DNA of 63,254 bases, filler included, from Octopus bimaculoides (GCF_001194135.2; 5 parts of 5 records of this genome joined end to end with filler, not necessarily neighbours in it), one strand, 5' to 3'. Positions 24,310-38,290 are shown, numbered from the whole stretch's first letter. The notes: generated from the sequence alone by a model not told the origin. Made by a program: numbers and translations.

Positions 24310-25010
24310 CATGTTTACACTCTTATGTTCAAAGTATTCTCCATTTGAAGAAATATATTGGTCTAGGTGCGTTTTCCACTGTTCAAAGCAGTGCTGGAAC
24401 TCATGCAAAGTGATGCCTTTTAATGCCTCTGTCATTTTTTTCTTCCCCTCTTCCACATTTGCAAATTCTGTAGCATCACCAGTGATGGCCTTCGAAAAAA
24501 GGTCCGGATCAATTTCCAGCTATTCTTTCAGTTCATGACACACATTCAGTTGTGACTGCTTTTGATCTTCCGTGAGCAAGCAAGGCACAAATTTTGCTTC
24601 AACTCTTTTCATTCACAATTCCTCGCTCAAAATTCGTTGGCAGGAGCTCCAGGGCACACCAATCATATCAACGAGTTCAACAATTGTTGGGTGATTGTCC
24701 TCCATGAATTTTCATGACGTTTTCATTCATTTGGGAGGTCGACAGACACCCTGAACAAGGTTGATCTTCAAGTGACCATTCCTAAAGCATGAAAATCACT
24801 CATAAACATGTGTTTTGCTCATGATAACATCTTCGTAAGCTGTTAGAAGCATGACAGCTGTTTTGGCCGCCATTTTCCCCAGCAAAAAACAGAATTTCAT
24901 GAAATTTCCCCTGCAGAAAACTGAATTTCATTTCAGCTATTGCAAAAATTGACAAACAGAGGTCATGTTGTTTAGCTACAAGTTAAAATTGAGTAAACAT
25001 ATGACCAAAG
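24310..25010 (-). mobile_element. Internally deleted mariner transposase pseudogene
   Basis: MKFCFLLGKMAAKTAVMLLTAYEDVIMSKTHVYE (HTH), RVEAKFVPCLLTEDQK, AITGD fused in frame to EFQHCFEQWKTHLDQYISSNGEYFE; middle of catalytic domain missing. Confidence 0.9.
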
Positions 25011-25149
25011 ACTTTCCAACTCTGGCCATCCAATTGTTTTTGCATAGTCAAGACAACATTGTTCAACATTTACTTTTCTAAGATAGTAATGTATGATATG
25101 AAGAAATTTGGTTGCTAATATTGGAAATCAGCTCATGGAAGTGCAGATG

Positions 25150-25985
25150 AGGTTTGACAAAGAGGTGGGCATGAGACACTAGATATCTAACGTCAAGATC
25201 CTCACTGAGAAAGCCAGGAAATATAGTATACCACTATACATGTCATTTATTATTTATAAAAAAAGGTCTTTGACTCAGCCCAGCATCCAAGGAGAGATTA
25301 GTTGATGATCTAGGCTAGATCTGTGTATGCATCAGCATTTGGGGGTTAAATAGCCTTTTTTACACTAATGACATGCTGATCACCACTTAGCTGTCTGCAC
25401 TCCAGAGACTGACTGGCAAAAGTTAGTCAAGTCTCTAAGTTTCATTTAGAGATCAGCACCAGAAAATCAAAATCATAGCAACCAGTTGGGAACCAGAGCA
25501 GATTGTCATACAAAACTAAAGGGTCAAGGTTATCCAGGTCAACAGATTGTAGTACCTAGGCTCTCTCTCTCTCTATATTTTTTTTTCACCAAATAATGAA
25601 CTGCAGTCAGGAAATCAGAGCTGGACTTGGTGCAAGAAGATCAGCTCTGAGGTCACTCAATATGAAGCTAATGGCTTCAGACACTTAGTCATTGATGACA
25701 TTCAAGATGATGTGTTACAAGTGAGTGCTGCCAGTTAGTTAGGTGGTCTATAGAATGAACAAATCAGTCTAAGAAGAGATGGCAGTGGAATAAAAGTTGG
25801 TCATAATGGTTGGATAGCAAAACTGCAATGTTTTGGCCATACTGTCAGAAGCCTTAAACCTCTATGTACATTTGCTAAGGGTGGGGGGTAGACAAAAATT
25901 GTATTTGCAGGGAGAGATGAACATTGAACAATAACATCAAACACTGGACAAGGAGGACTCTGTAGGAGTGTACGGCTGAATGATG
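25150..25985 (+). mobile_element. Highly decayed RTE-clade LINE RT remnant
   Basis: ISNVKILTEKARKYSIPLYMSFIIYKK..FDS (EKAREFQKPLYxCFIDYKKAFDS), LFYTNDMLI (LRYADD), ...YLG. Confidence 0.75.
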
Positions 25986-26626
25986 TTCGTGTGTGACATG
26001 ATTGTGAGAATATTCATTCACTAGTAGATTGAGCAATGATAATGATGACGGTGATTACCACAACAATGGTGATGACAATGCTGACAGTAATGACAAAGGC
26101 GATGATGATTATGATAAAAAAAGGTAATGTTGATTATGATGATGGTGAGGTGGGTGGGGTGGAGGTGCTGTTGGCAATGGGGGGGGGGTGATAATGATGG
26201 TGGTCACATCAGGTCATCAGCATCATCTCAGATATTATGTTAAAAAGATTTGTTTAGATAAGGTTGAATATCCTGACACACATACCATGAACATTTTGCC
26301 AGATGCAAGATAAAAATCTTCAATTAAAGCAGCAGAAGTAACTAAAACAACAACAACAACAACAACAACTACATTAGTTTTGGTAGTGATAGTGATGATG
26401 ATGTTGTCTTAATCTTGTTACTGAAATCATACTGCTATGATATATCTATCATCAGTCATAACTGATATTATTATTTGTATATTTATTTACATTTTCATCT
26501 TTTTCCTTCTCACTTTTAATAAGTCTGTTAAATATCTTTAGCTATTCTCACTTTTCCATACAGAAAGTTGAGCTGTCTCAATAAATATGGAGTTGATATC
26601 TGTTGGATAGGAATTAGTATTTTTAA

Positions 26627-26680
<54 letters not shown>

Positions 26681-27439
26681 ATCTGATTAACAGCAGTGAA
26701 AACCTATTTATCTCTTTTAAACAAACCCCCTACCATGCCCAACTCTTATAATTAAAAATGACTTATCAGTTTTTATAAAATTTTGTACTGATATGTAATT
26801 ACTATTAATAATAATAGTAATACTACCACCGCCACCAACAATAATAATAGCAATAATAATTCAGCCTTAAATGATTGAATTTCTAAGATTAATTGCCTCT
26901 ACTCATTATGTTCAGTGTTGAAATCCTGTTGAGATCAACTTTGGTTATCATCTTTCATGTACCATTCAAATATTTGGGTCTGTTTAATTGTCTAACCCTT
27001 CTTCTCAAATTTGTGGCCTTGTACTTTTTTTCAAACACCACTTGAAGAAGAAGGTAACAGTAGAGATGGGGTGGGGGTGGGGGTGTATTCCAGTAAATCT
27101 TATTGAAAATGGATGTGAGCGATTAAATGGCTCTAGTGTAACTATCTGGCTTTAGGCTGGTGGTAAGAACTGGAGGAACACTCTCGTCTTTGATGTATCG
27201 GGGGGGGGGGGTTNNNNNNNNNNCTTTGATGTATCGGGGGGGGGGGGTTATGTGGGATACCCTGCGTTTGATGTATCAGGGATTATGTGGGGTACCCTGC
27301 TTTTGTTTGTTCTATATTGCTATATTTTTTTTTTTATCTGTATATTTAGGATTTTCTTTAGTGAAACACATTGTTTCTTGTTTGTCATTTTTCTTTGTCC
27401 TTTCTGCTATGTCTTAGGCTAATTCAGAGAAAGGTGTTG

Positions 27440-27660
27440 TTGTTATTAGTTGAGCTGACAGAATTGTTGGAGCTTCAGACAAAAATAGATTGCAGCATTT
27501 CTTCTGGCTTCTTATGTTCTGAGTTCAAACACCAGTAAGGTCGACTTTGCCTTTTATTCTTTTGAGGGTCAATAAAATAAGTACCAGTCTAATATTGGAG
27601 TTGATATAATCAACATCCTTCCACACAAATTTATGGCCTTCTACCTAAGAAAGAAACATT
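27440..27660 (+). mobile_element. SINE family A, diverged
   Basis: ttctgagttcaaacaccagtaaggtcgactttgccttttattctttt...aagtaccag. Confidence 0.75.
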
Positions 27661-28978
27661 GGTGGCGGCGGTGGTGGTGGCAGAATTAATTGGACAAAAT
27701 TCCATGTGACATTTAGTTTTGTCTTCATATAATCTGTGTTCAAGCCCTGCAGTTGTCACCTTACCTTCCTTCATTCTGGAGTCAGTAAAATATATATATA
27801 CTAATCAAGACTAATTAAGTGCTTTAGTCAATTCTAATTGACTTGCCTATGTGTTAAAATCATTATCATTCCTTACATATATATAAGGCAGTGGGCCAAT
27901 GCCATCCACAGAGAGGCAGACAAAATACCTTGTAGCAGTTACTTATGCCCCTTACATTTTAATTTTGAAAATCCTATTTTTGTCCTTCTGAGATAGAATT
28001 AATAGATTACCAACTGTCAACCTGGTATACCCTACTGTCAACCTGGTATCTCCCCACCCAATTTTCTGGTGTTGTGTCATCATCATCATAATCATCATCA
28101 TTACCATTTAACATTTGTTTTCCATACATGCTGCCATGGGTTGACAGGAGCTGGCAAGTCAGAGGATTGCATCAAGCTCCAGTGTTTGCTTTGACATGAA
28201 TGCTACAGATCTGTATGCTCCTTCCTAATGCCAACCACTTGACTGGTTGTGCTGGTTGCTATTTATCATGGCATTAGCACTAGTGAGGTGACCAAATAAC
28301 TTGTAATAACCCCCTCAACTAAATGGGGTGGGTATAGTATTGAAGGGAGTGGCTTTGTGCCAGGTGATGAAAGGTTAAAGTATTATAGCAGGACAAGAGC
28401 CAGGTTGTAGGAGAGATACATGGCTACCCCTGTTGGAAAAGTGAGAAAATGGGGGAGACATTGTGTCAAGGCATCTATGTTAAAAAATCATTGATATATC
28501 TTGCATTAACACATCCTTTTATTTTGGGTAATTGGTGTAATCAATTGATTTATCACTAAGTCTGTTATTGGTTCTTATTTTTATTCAGTTCTTGATGAAA
28601 TAAAAGGTTAAGCCTGCCTCCAACAGGATTTGTATTCCCCATGTAAAAGAATTCTACTATATACTGCTAGGTGCAAATACTAATCAATATTATTATAATT
28701 TTATTTTTCTTCAAAGATATTTTTTCTTGTATGTCTTTGTCTAGCAATTATGTTATTACATTTTTCTTTTCTTTTCTTTTTTTTTTTTTGTAACCTTTAA
28801 ATTTTTATTTTTATGTTCAGAAATTTACAACAACAATAACTCTGGGGCATGTTTAATTATCATTTGAAATTAATAATCTTTCAATTCATTTAATCAATAA
28901 TTGTTTATCAGTTAATCTATGCCTTTATTAAAATCAAGGTTGAGGAGGATGTCATAAAATTGACAACTTCAGACCTAC

Positions 28979-29031
28979 TTCTGGTGTCTGTGATTCATTT
29001 CCCTTCACAGCAATCCATTTCTCAATGTCAG
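28979..29031 (-). CDS. Candidate 53-nt exon, phase 1 to 0 (ADIEKWIAVKGNESQTPE)
   Basis: Acceptor tttttcctttatatcatgaattgctttcttgatgctatacag|, donor GAA|GTAGGT; open only when joined in phase 1, matching the 29729-29771 exon. Confidence 0.5.
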
Positions 29032-29728
29032 CTGTATAGCATCAAGAAAGCAATTCATGATATAAAGGAAAAATTGTGTTTACCACTGTAAATTGGTGTA
29101 TGTCTCTTTATTGCCACATTTGTAACTTAGCTGTTTTATAACTTAAGTACAAGAAAGAAATGTATACTTAGGAGTTGATGTGAATGTTTAGTATTCTTGA
29201 TTGTAGATGGCCACAGTTCAATGACTGGAACTACTAAAAGAATATTTAAATATTTGATAATTTTTACCTTTCATAATATGTGAAAGACAGGTGCCATGAC
29301 CACAACCACTTCAACTAGCCTTCTAAACTGGTTCATAGATAATAAGAGTGAAATTCCTTATTAAAGTTAAATTTCTTTATTGTTTAATTTGCATTAAGTG
29401 TTTTCCAATCATGGCCATTCCATTTGTGTGTTGGAACCTAGAGATTTTTTTTCCTTTTCCCATATGATGTGATTTGACTAAGATTTGGTTACTATTTTTG
29501 GCAAGTCTAGTGATCGTGTAAATGCTCCTCAGAAGTATTATCTAATTTTCGATACGGAGATATCTTCTCTTTCACTTTCTTGCATATATACAAAGAATTG
29601 CGTAAACAAGTAAGGGAAGACAGTACTCAACACAAGATATGATGATTGATACAAACACATACATACACACACATACGTGTACATACATACATACATACAG
29701 TGAACAGATGAAAGAAAGTGGTACTCAC

Positions 29729-29771
29729 CACATTCAGTAAGAGTTACATATGATGAATCTTTGCTGTTTGC
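29729..29771 (-). CDS. Candidate 43-nt exon, phase 0 to 1 (ANSKDSSYVTLTEC)
   Basis: Acceptor aaatttccacatttgtag|, donor GTG|GTGAGT; only one open frame, which splices in frame to 28979-29031. Confidence 0.5.
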
Positions 29772-31205
29772 CTACAAATGTGGAAATTTCAAAGTTTATT
29801 GAAAATTTTAAAATGTAATGTAGTTTTCCGAGCTGAATCTCAGGAGATATTTCACTTGTTTTAGAAAATTTTTTTTAAAATGTTATAGAGGTTTAAAATT
29901 TGATAATTTTCATCCAGTCAGAAAACAGGATTTGGAAACATGCTTGACATGTTTTAATATAAAACTAAATAAATCAACTTCCTCTTTACTCACAACATAT
30001 AACCACTCATAACTTTTTATTTTTTGGAATCTTCAGAAAATTTTTGCAAATTTGTATTTTACACTTGGGAAATCATATGATTATGCAAAAAAAAAACAAC
30101 AAAAAACAACAGTTTGGAGGTGCATGATTTAATTTAAGGCCTATTTAGCTGTTATTTTTAGCACCTTTCTTGACCAGGATACAAACAGCAGAAAATAGTG
30201 TTGAACCAAGTGCTTTCATGTAGAATACATTTGTCAATACATGCTATCTCACAGACAAAAGTGTTCTCATGTTTGGTTTGTTACTATGGAAACAGGCATG
30301 AATGTGTCTGTGGCTTATGATTGGCTAAAAATTACCCAAAATTTGCAAACTTTAGAAGTTAATAACTCTTTACCTGTTGGTTTGTTGTGAAAAGAAATTT
30401 CATGGCATTGATTAGCATATAAAACTACATCATTACACTGAATATGAAATCAATTCGAACAGAAATCGAAGAGATTGAAAACTAGCAGCCAGTCAGAAGA
30501 GATCTCATATTATTATTTATTTAATAACAATTTGATTCAGCTCCATGTAACTTATATAGACATACACACACACACATGAAATGGAAACATGAAGCAATGA
30601 TGTGTTGAAATACAAATTTGTTGCCAGTTCAAATATGCTTGAGGCATATCAAATACTAGAGTTTTTCTCCATGACAAAATACAGTGAATGGCTTTCTTTA
30701 GGGTCTGAATATGCCTCTAGCATATTGAACTGGTAACAATTTTATATATGTATGTACACACACGCATACATTGTAAGCTAATAACACTTAAGTAACTGTT
30801 ACTTTGAGTTTCACATTTCCAGTCTCTCATTTAACTATTCAGCAGAAAGACTGCTGTCCACAATCTTCTGTATCAAAATCTCTCTCACTCTCTCTCTCTC
30901 ATTTTCAGTCACTTTTTCTCTCTCTCTCTCTTTCTCTATCCCTTCCTCTGTACCTATTATTTCAGTCACCCTCTCTCTCTTTTTTTTCTCTTTCTTCTCC
31001 TCTTTCTCACTTTCACTCAGCCTCAGTTTACCAACACTCCCTAGAGTCATCTCAGCAACAACACATGGTTCCTATGTCCTTTATGAACCCCAACCCTAAC
31101 CCTAACCCTCAACCATACTCTCTTCTGTTTGACTTCACACAAGAATCTTCAACTAAATTGCTAAGTCAGAGTTAAGTCAACTGTTATGTTTTCTTAACTA
31201 CTCAC

Positions 31206-31229
31206 CACTCCATCAGTTCTTCTGCCTGA
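31206..31229 (-). CDS. Candidate 24-nt microexon, phase 0-0 (SGRRTDGV)
   Basis: Donor GTG|GTGAGT, acceptor cctaattcttcag| with upstream tactaat branch-like motif; an alternative CAG 4 nt downstream would give 20 nt. Confidence 0.3.
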
Positions 31230-31699
31230 CTGAAGAATTAGGTTTGCTGTCTAATTAGTACAGTTACGCTGACCGAACACCCACCCACACAAACCCACAC
31301 CTGTCCACCACTCCACAGAACAAGCATTCTTACACAGTTTTATAAACAGGGCCCCTCTATGTGGTTAATCAACTTGGTAGAAATAGCAACCTGATCTCCC
31401 TCAAATCACACTTTACTGTCTTAAATAAGAAAACGCCACATTAAATAATGTCACCTTAGATGCCTCTGAAACAATGAAACAGTCATGTCTGCAACGCCTT
31501 GTGATCAATTATATCTGATCTGATTTGGCTGTTGTTTCTAGAGGTTTGAGTAATTCGGTTTCTTATAATCAACTCTTTCATCTACATGTGACAAACTCCA
31601 GTTAAAGGAAGAACTAGAGAAGTTTAAACAGAGAATATTGCAACAAATATGTTACAAGAAACTCCTAAACACTCAGTCTTTAACTCTGCAATTATTATG

Positions 31700-31880
31700 T
31701 GGTCCTTTTGGCATTTTGTCTGCCGCTAAGTTCTGAGTTCGAATTCCGCCAAGGTTGACTTTGCCTTTTATCCTTTCGAGATCAATAAATTAAGTACTGG
31801 TTGAATACTGGGATCAATGCAATTGACTTAATCCCTTTCCACCAAATTTCAAGCCTTGTGCCTACAGTAGAAAGGAGTAT
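31700..31880 (+). mobile_element. SINE family A
   Basis: Core and tail match. Confidence 0.8.
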
Positions 31881-32021
31881 TATGTGGTCCTGTTAAAATA
31901 ACATACTTGTTTTACCTTTTGTAAAATGTTCTTGCTTTATTCCTAATCAATGTGTACATATGTATGTAAGACAGACAGACACACACACACACACACACAC
32001 GCATGCACATTTTCTTCCTCT

Positions 32022-32395
32022 CAGGAGTGGCTGTGTGGTTCAGTCCCACTGCGTGGCACCTTGGGCAAGTGTCTTCTACTATAGCTTCAGGCCGACCAAA
32101 GCCTTGTGAGTGGATTTGGTTGACGGAAACTGAAAGAAGCCCGTCGTGTATATGTATATATATGTATGTATGTGTGTATATGTTTGTGCATCTGTGTTTG
32201 TCCCCCCAACATCGCTTGACAACCGATGCTGGTGTGTTTAGGGCCCTGTAACTTAGCGGTTCAGCAAAAAGAGACCGATAGAATAAGTACAAGGCTTACA
32301 AAGAATAAGTCCTGGGGTCGATTTGATTCGACTAAAGGCGGTGCTCCAGCATGGCCGCAGTCAAATGACTGAAACAAGTAAAAGAATAAAAGAAT
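32022..32395 (+). mobile_element. SINE family B (CORE-like ccttgggcaagt), full-length, internal TA/TG microsatellite
   Basis: ggagtggctgtgtgg(-)ttcagtcccactgcgtggcaccttgggcaagtg...; tail ggccgcagtcaaatgactgaaacaagtaaaaga. Confidence 0.85.
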
Positions 32396-32439
32396 ATTTT
32401 AGGTATGTTTTCATACATACACATCTATGATAATAATAA

Positions 32440-32817
32440 TAATGATTTCAAAGTTTGGCACAATAGCCTACAATTTTGGGGGAGGAGTTAAGTCTGTTAC
32501 CCACTGTTCAACTGGTACTTGTTTTATCTCGACCCCCGAAAGGATGAAAGGCAAAATTTACCTCAGCAGAATTTGAATAAACACACACACACATCAACAC
32601 CACCACCGCCGCCACCATCATCATCATCATCATCATTACTTAACATCCACTTTTCCATGCTTATTGAAGTGGATTTTCAATGACTAGATGCCCTTCCTGT
32701 CACCAACCCTCACTTGTTTTCAAACAAAGAAATATTTCCCCATGGCCAGACATATTTTCACAGAAGACTGAAAACAAACAACCTGACTTGTGTGATGTTT
32801 ACACAAGGGTGTGCACA

Positions 32818-32855
<38 letters not shown>

Positions 32856-33200
32856 TGCTGTTATATGGATTATGTGGTTCTATAATTGCGAATCTCAGTG
32901 ACCAACCATGTTTTCAGGGAAATAAGTTTCAACATCAGCCATTCAGCCATCATGCTCCGGGAATCACTACATAGAGCTGAAATAATCCTTTGTATTATAG
33001 GCTCAAGGCCAACAATTTTGTGGGAGGGGTAATTGATTACATTGATCCCAGTACTTCACTGGTACTTATTTTACTGATCCTAAAAGGATGAAAAGTAAAG
33101 TCAACTTTGGTAGAATTTGAACTTGGAATGTAAAGACAGATGAAATACTGCTTAGCATTTTGCTCAGCATGCTAAAGATTTCTGCCAGCTCACTACCTTT
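32440..33200 (-). mobile_element. Two minus-strand SINE family A copies (about 32440-32580 and 33000-33200)
   Basis: Reverse complement of core; second copy shows CpG to TpG/CpA decay. Confidence 0.8.
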
Positions 33201-34135
33201 CATAAAGCTAAAATAACAACAAAAAACTGTTTGTTTATCTCAGCAATCACTGTACTACAGAGTACGGGAAAGTCCTCCTGCAATTTACATTCGATTATAG
33301 GTTTGCTTGATCAAGTTTGACTCGTGGTTAAAAAAAAAATGACAACTCAACCAAGGGAAAACAGTTTGTTGTTGGTTTTTCATCTTTCCTTGGAACTGAA
33401 AAACAGAGGTGGCTGCAACCACAAATATTTGCAGTAGTTTCTGCATCATGGTTTGAACTGACAGCATTGTAGTTTACTCAATAGTTCACTGACTTAAAAG
33501 CAATTACTGTAGTTTTGGCAGCAGCAGCAGCAGTAAACAGCTTTCACTGCACACACACACACACACNNNNNNNNNNNNNNNNNNNNNNNNNNNNNNNNNN
33601 NNNNNNNNNNNNNNNNNNNNNNNNNNNNNNNNNNNNNNNNNNNNNNNNNNNNNNNNNNNNNNNNNNNNNNNNNNNNNNNNNNNNNNNNNNNNNNNNNNNN
33701 NNNNNNNNNNNNNNNNNNNNNNNNNNNNNNNNNNNNNNNNNNNNNNNNNNNNNNNNNNNNNNNNNNNNNNNNNNNNNNNNNNNNNNNNNNNNNNNNNNNN
33801 NNNNNNNNNNNNNNNNNNNNNNNNNNNNNNNNNNNNNNNNNNNNNNNNNNNNNNNNNNNNNNNNNNNNNNNNNNNNNNNNNNNNNNNNNNNNNNNNNNNN
33901 NNNNNNNNNNNNNNNNNNNNNNNNNNNNNNNNNNNNNNNNNNNNNNNNNNNNNNNNNNNNNNNNNNNNNNNNNNNNNNNNNNNNNNNNNNNNNNNNNNNN
34001 NNNNNNNNNNNNNNNNNNNNNNNNNNNNNNNNNNNNNNNNNNNNNNNNNNNNNNNNNNNNNNNNNNNNNNNNNNNNNNNNNNNNNNNNNNNNNNNNNNNN
34101 NNNNNNNNNNNNNNNNNNNNNNNNNNNNNNNNNNN

Positions 34136-34181
<46 letters not shown>

Positions 34182-34496
34182 TATATATGATGTATGTACA
34201 TATATGTCTATGTACATATATGCATATATATATATGTATGTACATATATGCATATATGTATGTATGCACATATATGCATGTGTTCATATACATACTCATA
34301 CACACATTCACATGCTACAAACATGCACTCTTTATAAACTATGTATGTCATTGTGTGTGTGTGTTTTGTATGCATACACACACATACTTTTACATGTGTA
34401 TACATATGTACGTTTAGCAAGGAAAGTGGACATTAAACGATGATGATGACACACACACACACACACACGCATGCACATACACACACACGCATGCAT

Positions 34497-34545
<49 letters not shown>

Positions 34546-36328
34546 TGCACTTTTTCATTTAACAGCTGCTCTCAACATATGGTAGGAACATTAGAATTTT
34601 AACTCAATTTTTTCGTAGAGGTCAAATTGAATTATTAACACAATAAAGGTTATTCCTTTGAGACATGTCTGGCTTTTTTATGGCTCTTCAATTGCATTAT
34701 TGAATAACATTGAGAAATCTCCGTTGTACCTGATACTTTCTGGGTCTTTGTGCTTCAGTGTATATATGTGCNNNNNNNNNNNNNNNNNNNNNNNNNNNNN
34801 NNNNNNNNNNNNNNNNNNNNNNNNNNNNNNNNNNNNNNNNNNNNNNNNNNNNNNNNNNNNNNNNNNNNNNNNNNNNNNNNNNNNNNNNNNNNNNNNNNNN
34901 NNNNNNNNNNNNNNNNNNNNNNNNNNNNNNNNNNNNNNNNNNNNNNNNNNNNNNNNNNNNNNNNNNNNNNNNNNNNNNNNNNNNNNNNNNNNNNNNNNNN
35001 NNNNNNNNNNNNNNNNNNNNNNNNNNNNNNNNNNNNNNNNNNNNNNNNNNNNNNNNNNNNNNNNNNNNNNNNNNNNNNNNNNNNNNNNNNNNNNNNNNNN
35101 NNNATATATATATATATATATATACATATACATACACATACATGTAATGTATGTGTGTATAATATCATTTATTTCCATTAACAAAGATATTGATTTCATC
35201 ATTGGACATTAGGACTTGTGTAAGAAGGCAGGGCTACGGTTGACGTAATTAACCTTTGTACATGTATTACTAAATAATGATTTCATCAATCCCTTGAGTG
35301 ATAAGAAGACTCAAATCAATCCAAGACATGATTTGAACCCACATTTGGATTTATAGAAGAACAAAATTGAATGCTGTAATGCATTTAACCTGCTGTCCTT
35401 CTGCCTTTTCATTATATTTTAATTACCTCAAGAACAATTAATTAACCCTTCAGCACTTAAAATAGTCATATCCAGCCTAAATATTCTACCTGTTTTATGT
35501 TCAAATTGTCAAGATCAGGCTTCTTACACCTACCCTACAATGTCAGTCTAAAAGTATTCAATCACATCATCAAAATCCCAAAGCCATGAGATAATGCTTG
35601 ATTAATTCAGAACAATGCGAATTATCATCATCATTTAGCATCCATTTTCCATACTGGCATGGGTTCAATGATTTGACTGGAGCTGGTGAACCAGAGAGTT
35701 GCACTAGGTTCCAATTGTCAGTGGAAGTGGGTGACAAAACTGGCTTCAGTAGAGTCAACTATCACCATGTGGTGGCTGTCCTCTGTACAAACAGTTTCAA
35801 CCCCATTCTCAGAAAGTGGACCACTTAACACTTCAGTAGTGTAGAGTGGAATCTTCAAAGATTAAATGGCTACCTTTTGGAACCATTTTGAATCATGTAC
35901 TTGGTCCATCACAAACGTCTACTCTCTATCTTTTCGCCTCTTGCATTATGACAATAAAAATTGGAGATTCTAAGGATTATCTTGCTGAATAAGAGCATGC
36001 ATGAACTGTGTTGTTATATGCATATGATGTCAAACTCATTGAGGTAAAGATGGTTAGTATTGTTATAAAAACAATGTGAGTTAGTAACAGGAGTCAAAAT
36101 TAGACTTCTGCACATAATAAATTCAATCACCAGGCTTTGGTTGGCCCCAGGCTATAGTAGAAGGCACTGACACAAGGTGCTGCACAGTAGGACTAAATCT
36201 GAAACTCTGTGATTGGGAAGCAAAGTTCTTAACTTCATATCCCTCTGCATTTGTTTATCATACTGACATATACTTGTGTATATATATATATGTGTGTATA
36301 TATATATATGTGTGTATATATTTATTAA

Positions 36329-36560
36329 CTAGCTTAAAAGTCGCCTTACCAGGCGACTTTTATGCTGGAGGGCTCTTGTGGAGGACACTTCATGCATTGA
36401 GTACATATTAAATTTTATTAAACTTGACGAATATTTTTCAAGCAATGAACAATTTTATCAAAACAGTGATATATTTTGTCGACTTGGAACTTATTGCAAA
36501 GCTACATGATAAACAACATTTTTTGACTTCTCATTCGGAGATCAGTACAATTTTTTCTAT
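36329..36560 (-). mobile_element. Non-autonomous Helitron 3' end
   Basis: Minus strand ends ...aaaagtcgcc-tggtaa-ggcgactttt-aagCTAG|T: perfect 10-bp hairpin just before CTAG followed by T. 5' boundary uncertain. Confidence 0.65.
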
Positions 36561-36566
36561 CTAACC

Positions 36567-36598
<32 letters not shown>

Positions 36599-37450
36599 TT
36601 TCTCTCTTTCTGTTGATTGTTCTCAACCATCATCACCATCACCATCACCACCACCACAACTGTCATACACACACCATTCAGACTTCTGTCTCCACCACCA
36701 CCAATACCTTTGACTTCACCACAAGCAATACCTTTGATTTCACCACCTTCCCCCTACCACCATCACTCTTTCACATCACATACTATCACCGTCATCCCTG
36801 ACCGCCTCCACCCCCACCATCAAAACCGTTACCTCTGCCTCTATCACAACTACAGCCCATACTATAACTATCACCCCATTACCATCACAACTGTCAAGCT
36901 ACTACTGCCTGCCCTCACCATGTCTATGCCTACTATTACTTTCACCCCAGCATGAGGAATAGTAGAAGTGTCATTGAATAGTGAGAAAAGAGGTCAAAGA
37001 GTGACACACTGACACACAGAAATTTGTTTTGGCATTTATTATTATGTATGTATGTTTATATGTATGTATGTGTGTGTGTTTGCATATTTATGTGTGTATG
37101 TAAATATGAATGTATGTATATGTGTGTATGTATATGTATGTACATATACACACACACATATATATATGTATATATCTATGTATGTGTATGTATGTATATG
37201 TACATACACACACAGACACACATCATCATTTAAAGTCTGTCTTCCATACTGACATAAGTTGAATGGTTTTACAACAGCCAACAGGTCAGAGGCCTGCACT
37301 GAGCTCCAGTGTCTGTTTTGGCATGATTTTGTTGACTGGAAGACCTTCCTGATGTCAGTTACTTTACAGAACATACTGGGTGCCTTTTTTATGTGGCACT
37401 AGCACTAGTGGGGCCAAGACACATGCAATACATACATGTATATGTGTGTG

Positions 37451-37500
<50 letters not shown>

Positions 37501-37944
37501 TGTGTGTATACTTATGTGTATGTGTGNNNNNNNNNNCATGCATATGTGCACATGCATGCTGCTTTTTGGTTATTATTGTTCTTATAGTTAGTGTTATTAT
37601 GAATCATCATCACTACTACTACTACTACTACTACAATAACAACAACAACAACAAATTGTGGAAGTTATATAATTTACCCACGCACTGGTCATCATTCTTT
37701 AAATTGCACTAAAATAATCTAGTTTAGATAATTAAATTAAGTTCATATATATATATGTACATTAAATAATTAATGTAAGTTTATATGAGAGTTTCATACT
37801 AGGTAAATTTCTGCTACAAAACATTCATATTAAATCTTAACTATTTAAAAAATTTAAATGTATACTTGAAGCCATAAACTAATGAGAAATATATTTGGAC
37901 ATTTTTTTTTTTTTTGTGTGTACTTACTATTTAAAGAATATGAG

Positions 37945-38290
37945 GCATAGCTGTGTGGTAGAAAGTTTGCTTTCCGGCCACATAGTTCTCGTTTCAGTTC
38001 CATGGTGTAGCGCCTTGGGGAAGCGTCTTCAACCATAGTCTTACGCCAACCGAAGCCTTGTGAGGGATGTGGTACATGGAAAGAAGCACATCGTATATAA
38101 GTATATATATTTGTGTGTGTCTTTGTGCCTGTGTTTGTCTCCCACCACTGGTTGACAACTGGTGTTGGTGTGTTTATATCCCTGTAACTTAGTGGTTCAG
38201 AAAAAGAGAGCAACTGAAAATGGTACTTGGGTTGACTTGTTTGACTAGAATCTTTCAAGGCTCCCCATCTTACTTCTAATGACTGGAAAA
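37945..38290 (+). mobile_element. SINE family B, diverged
   Basis: Same head, core and tail as 32022-32395. Confidence 0.75.

Noticed and set aside
31086-31114. Telomere-like CCCTAA repeats
   Set aside because: Only two perfect units.
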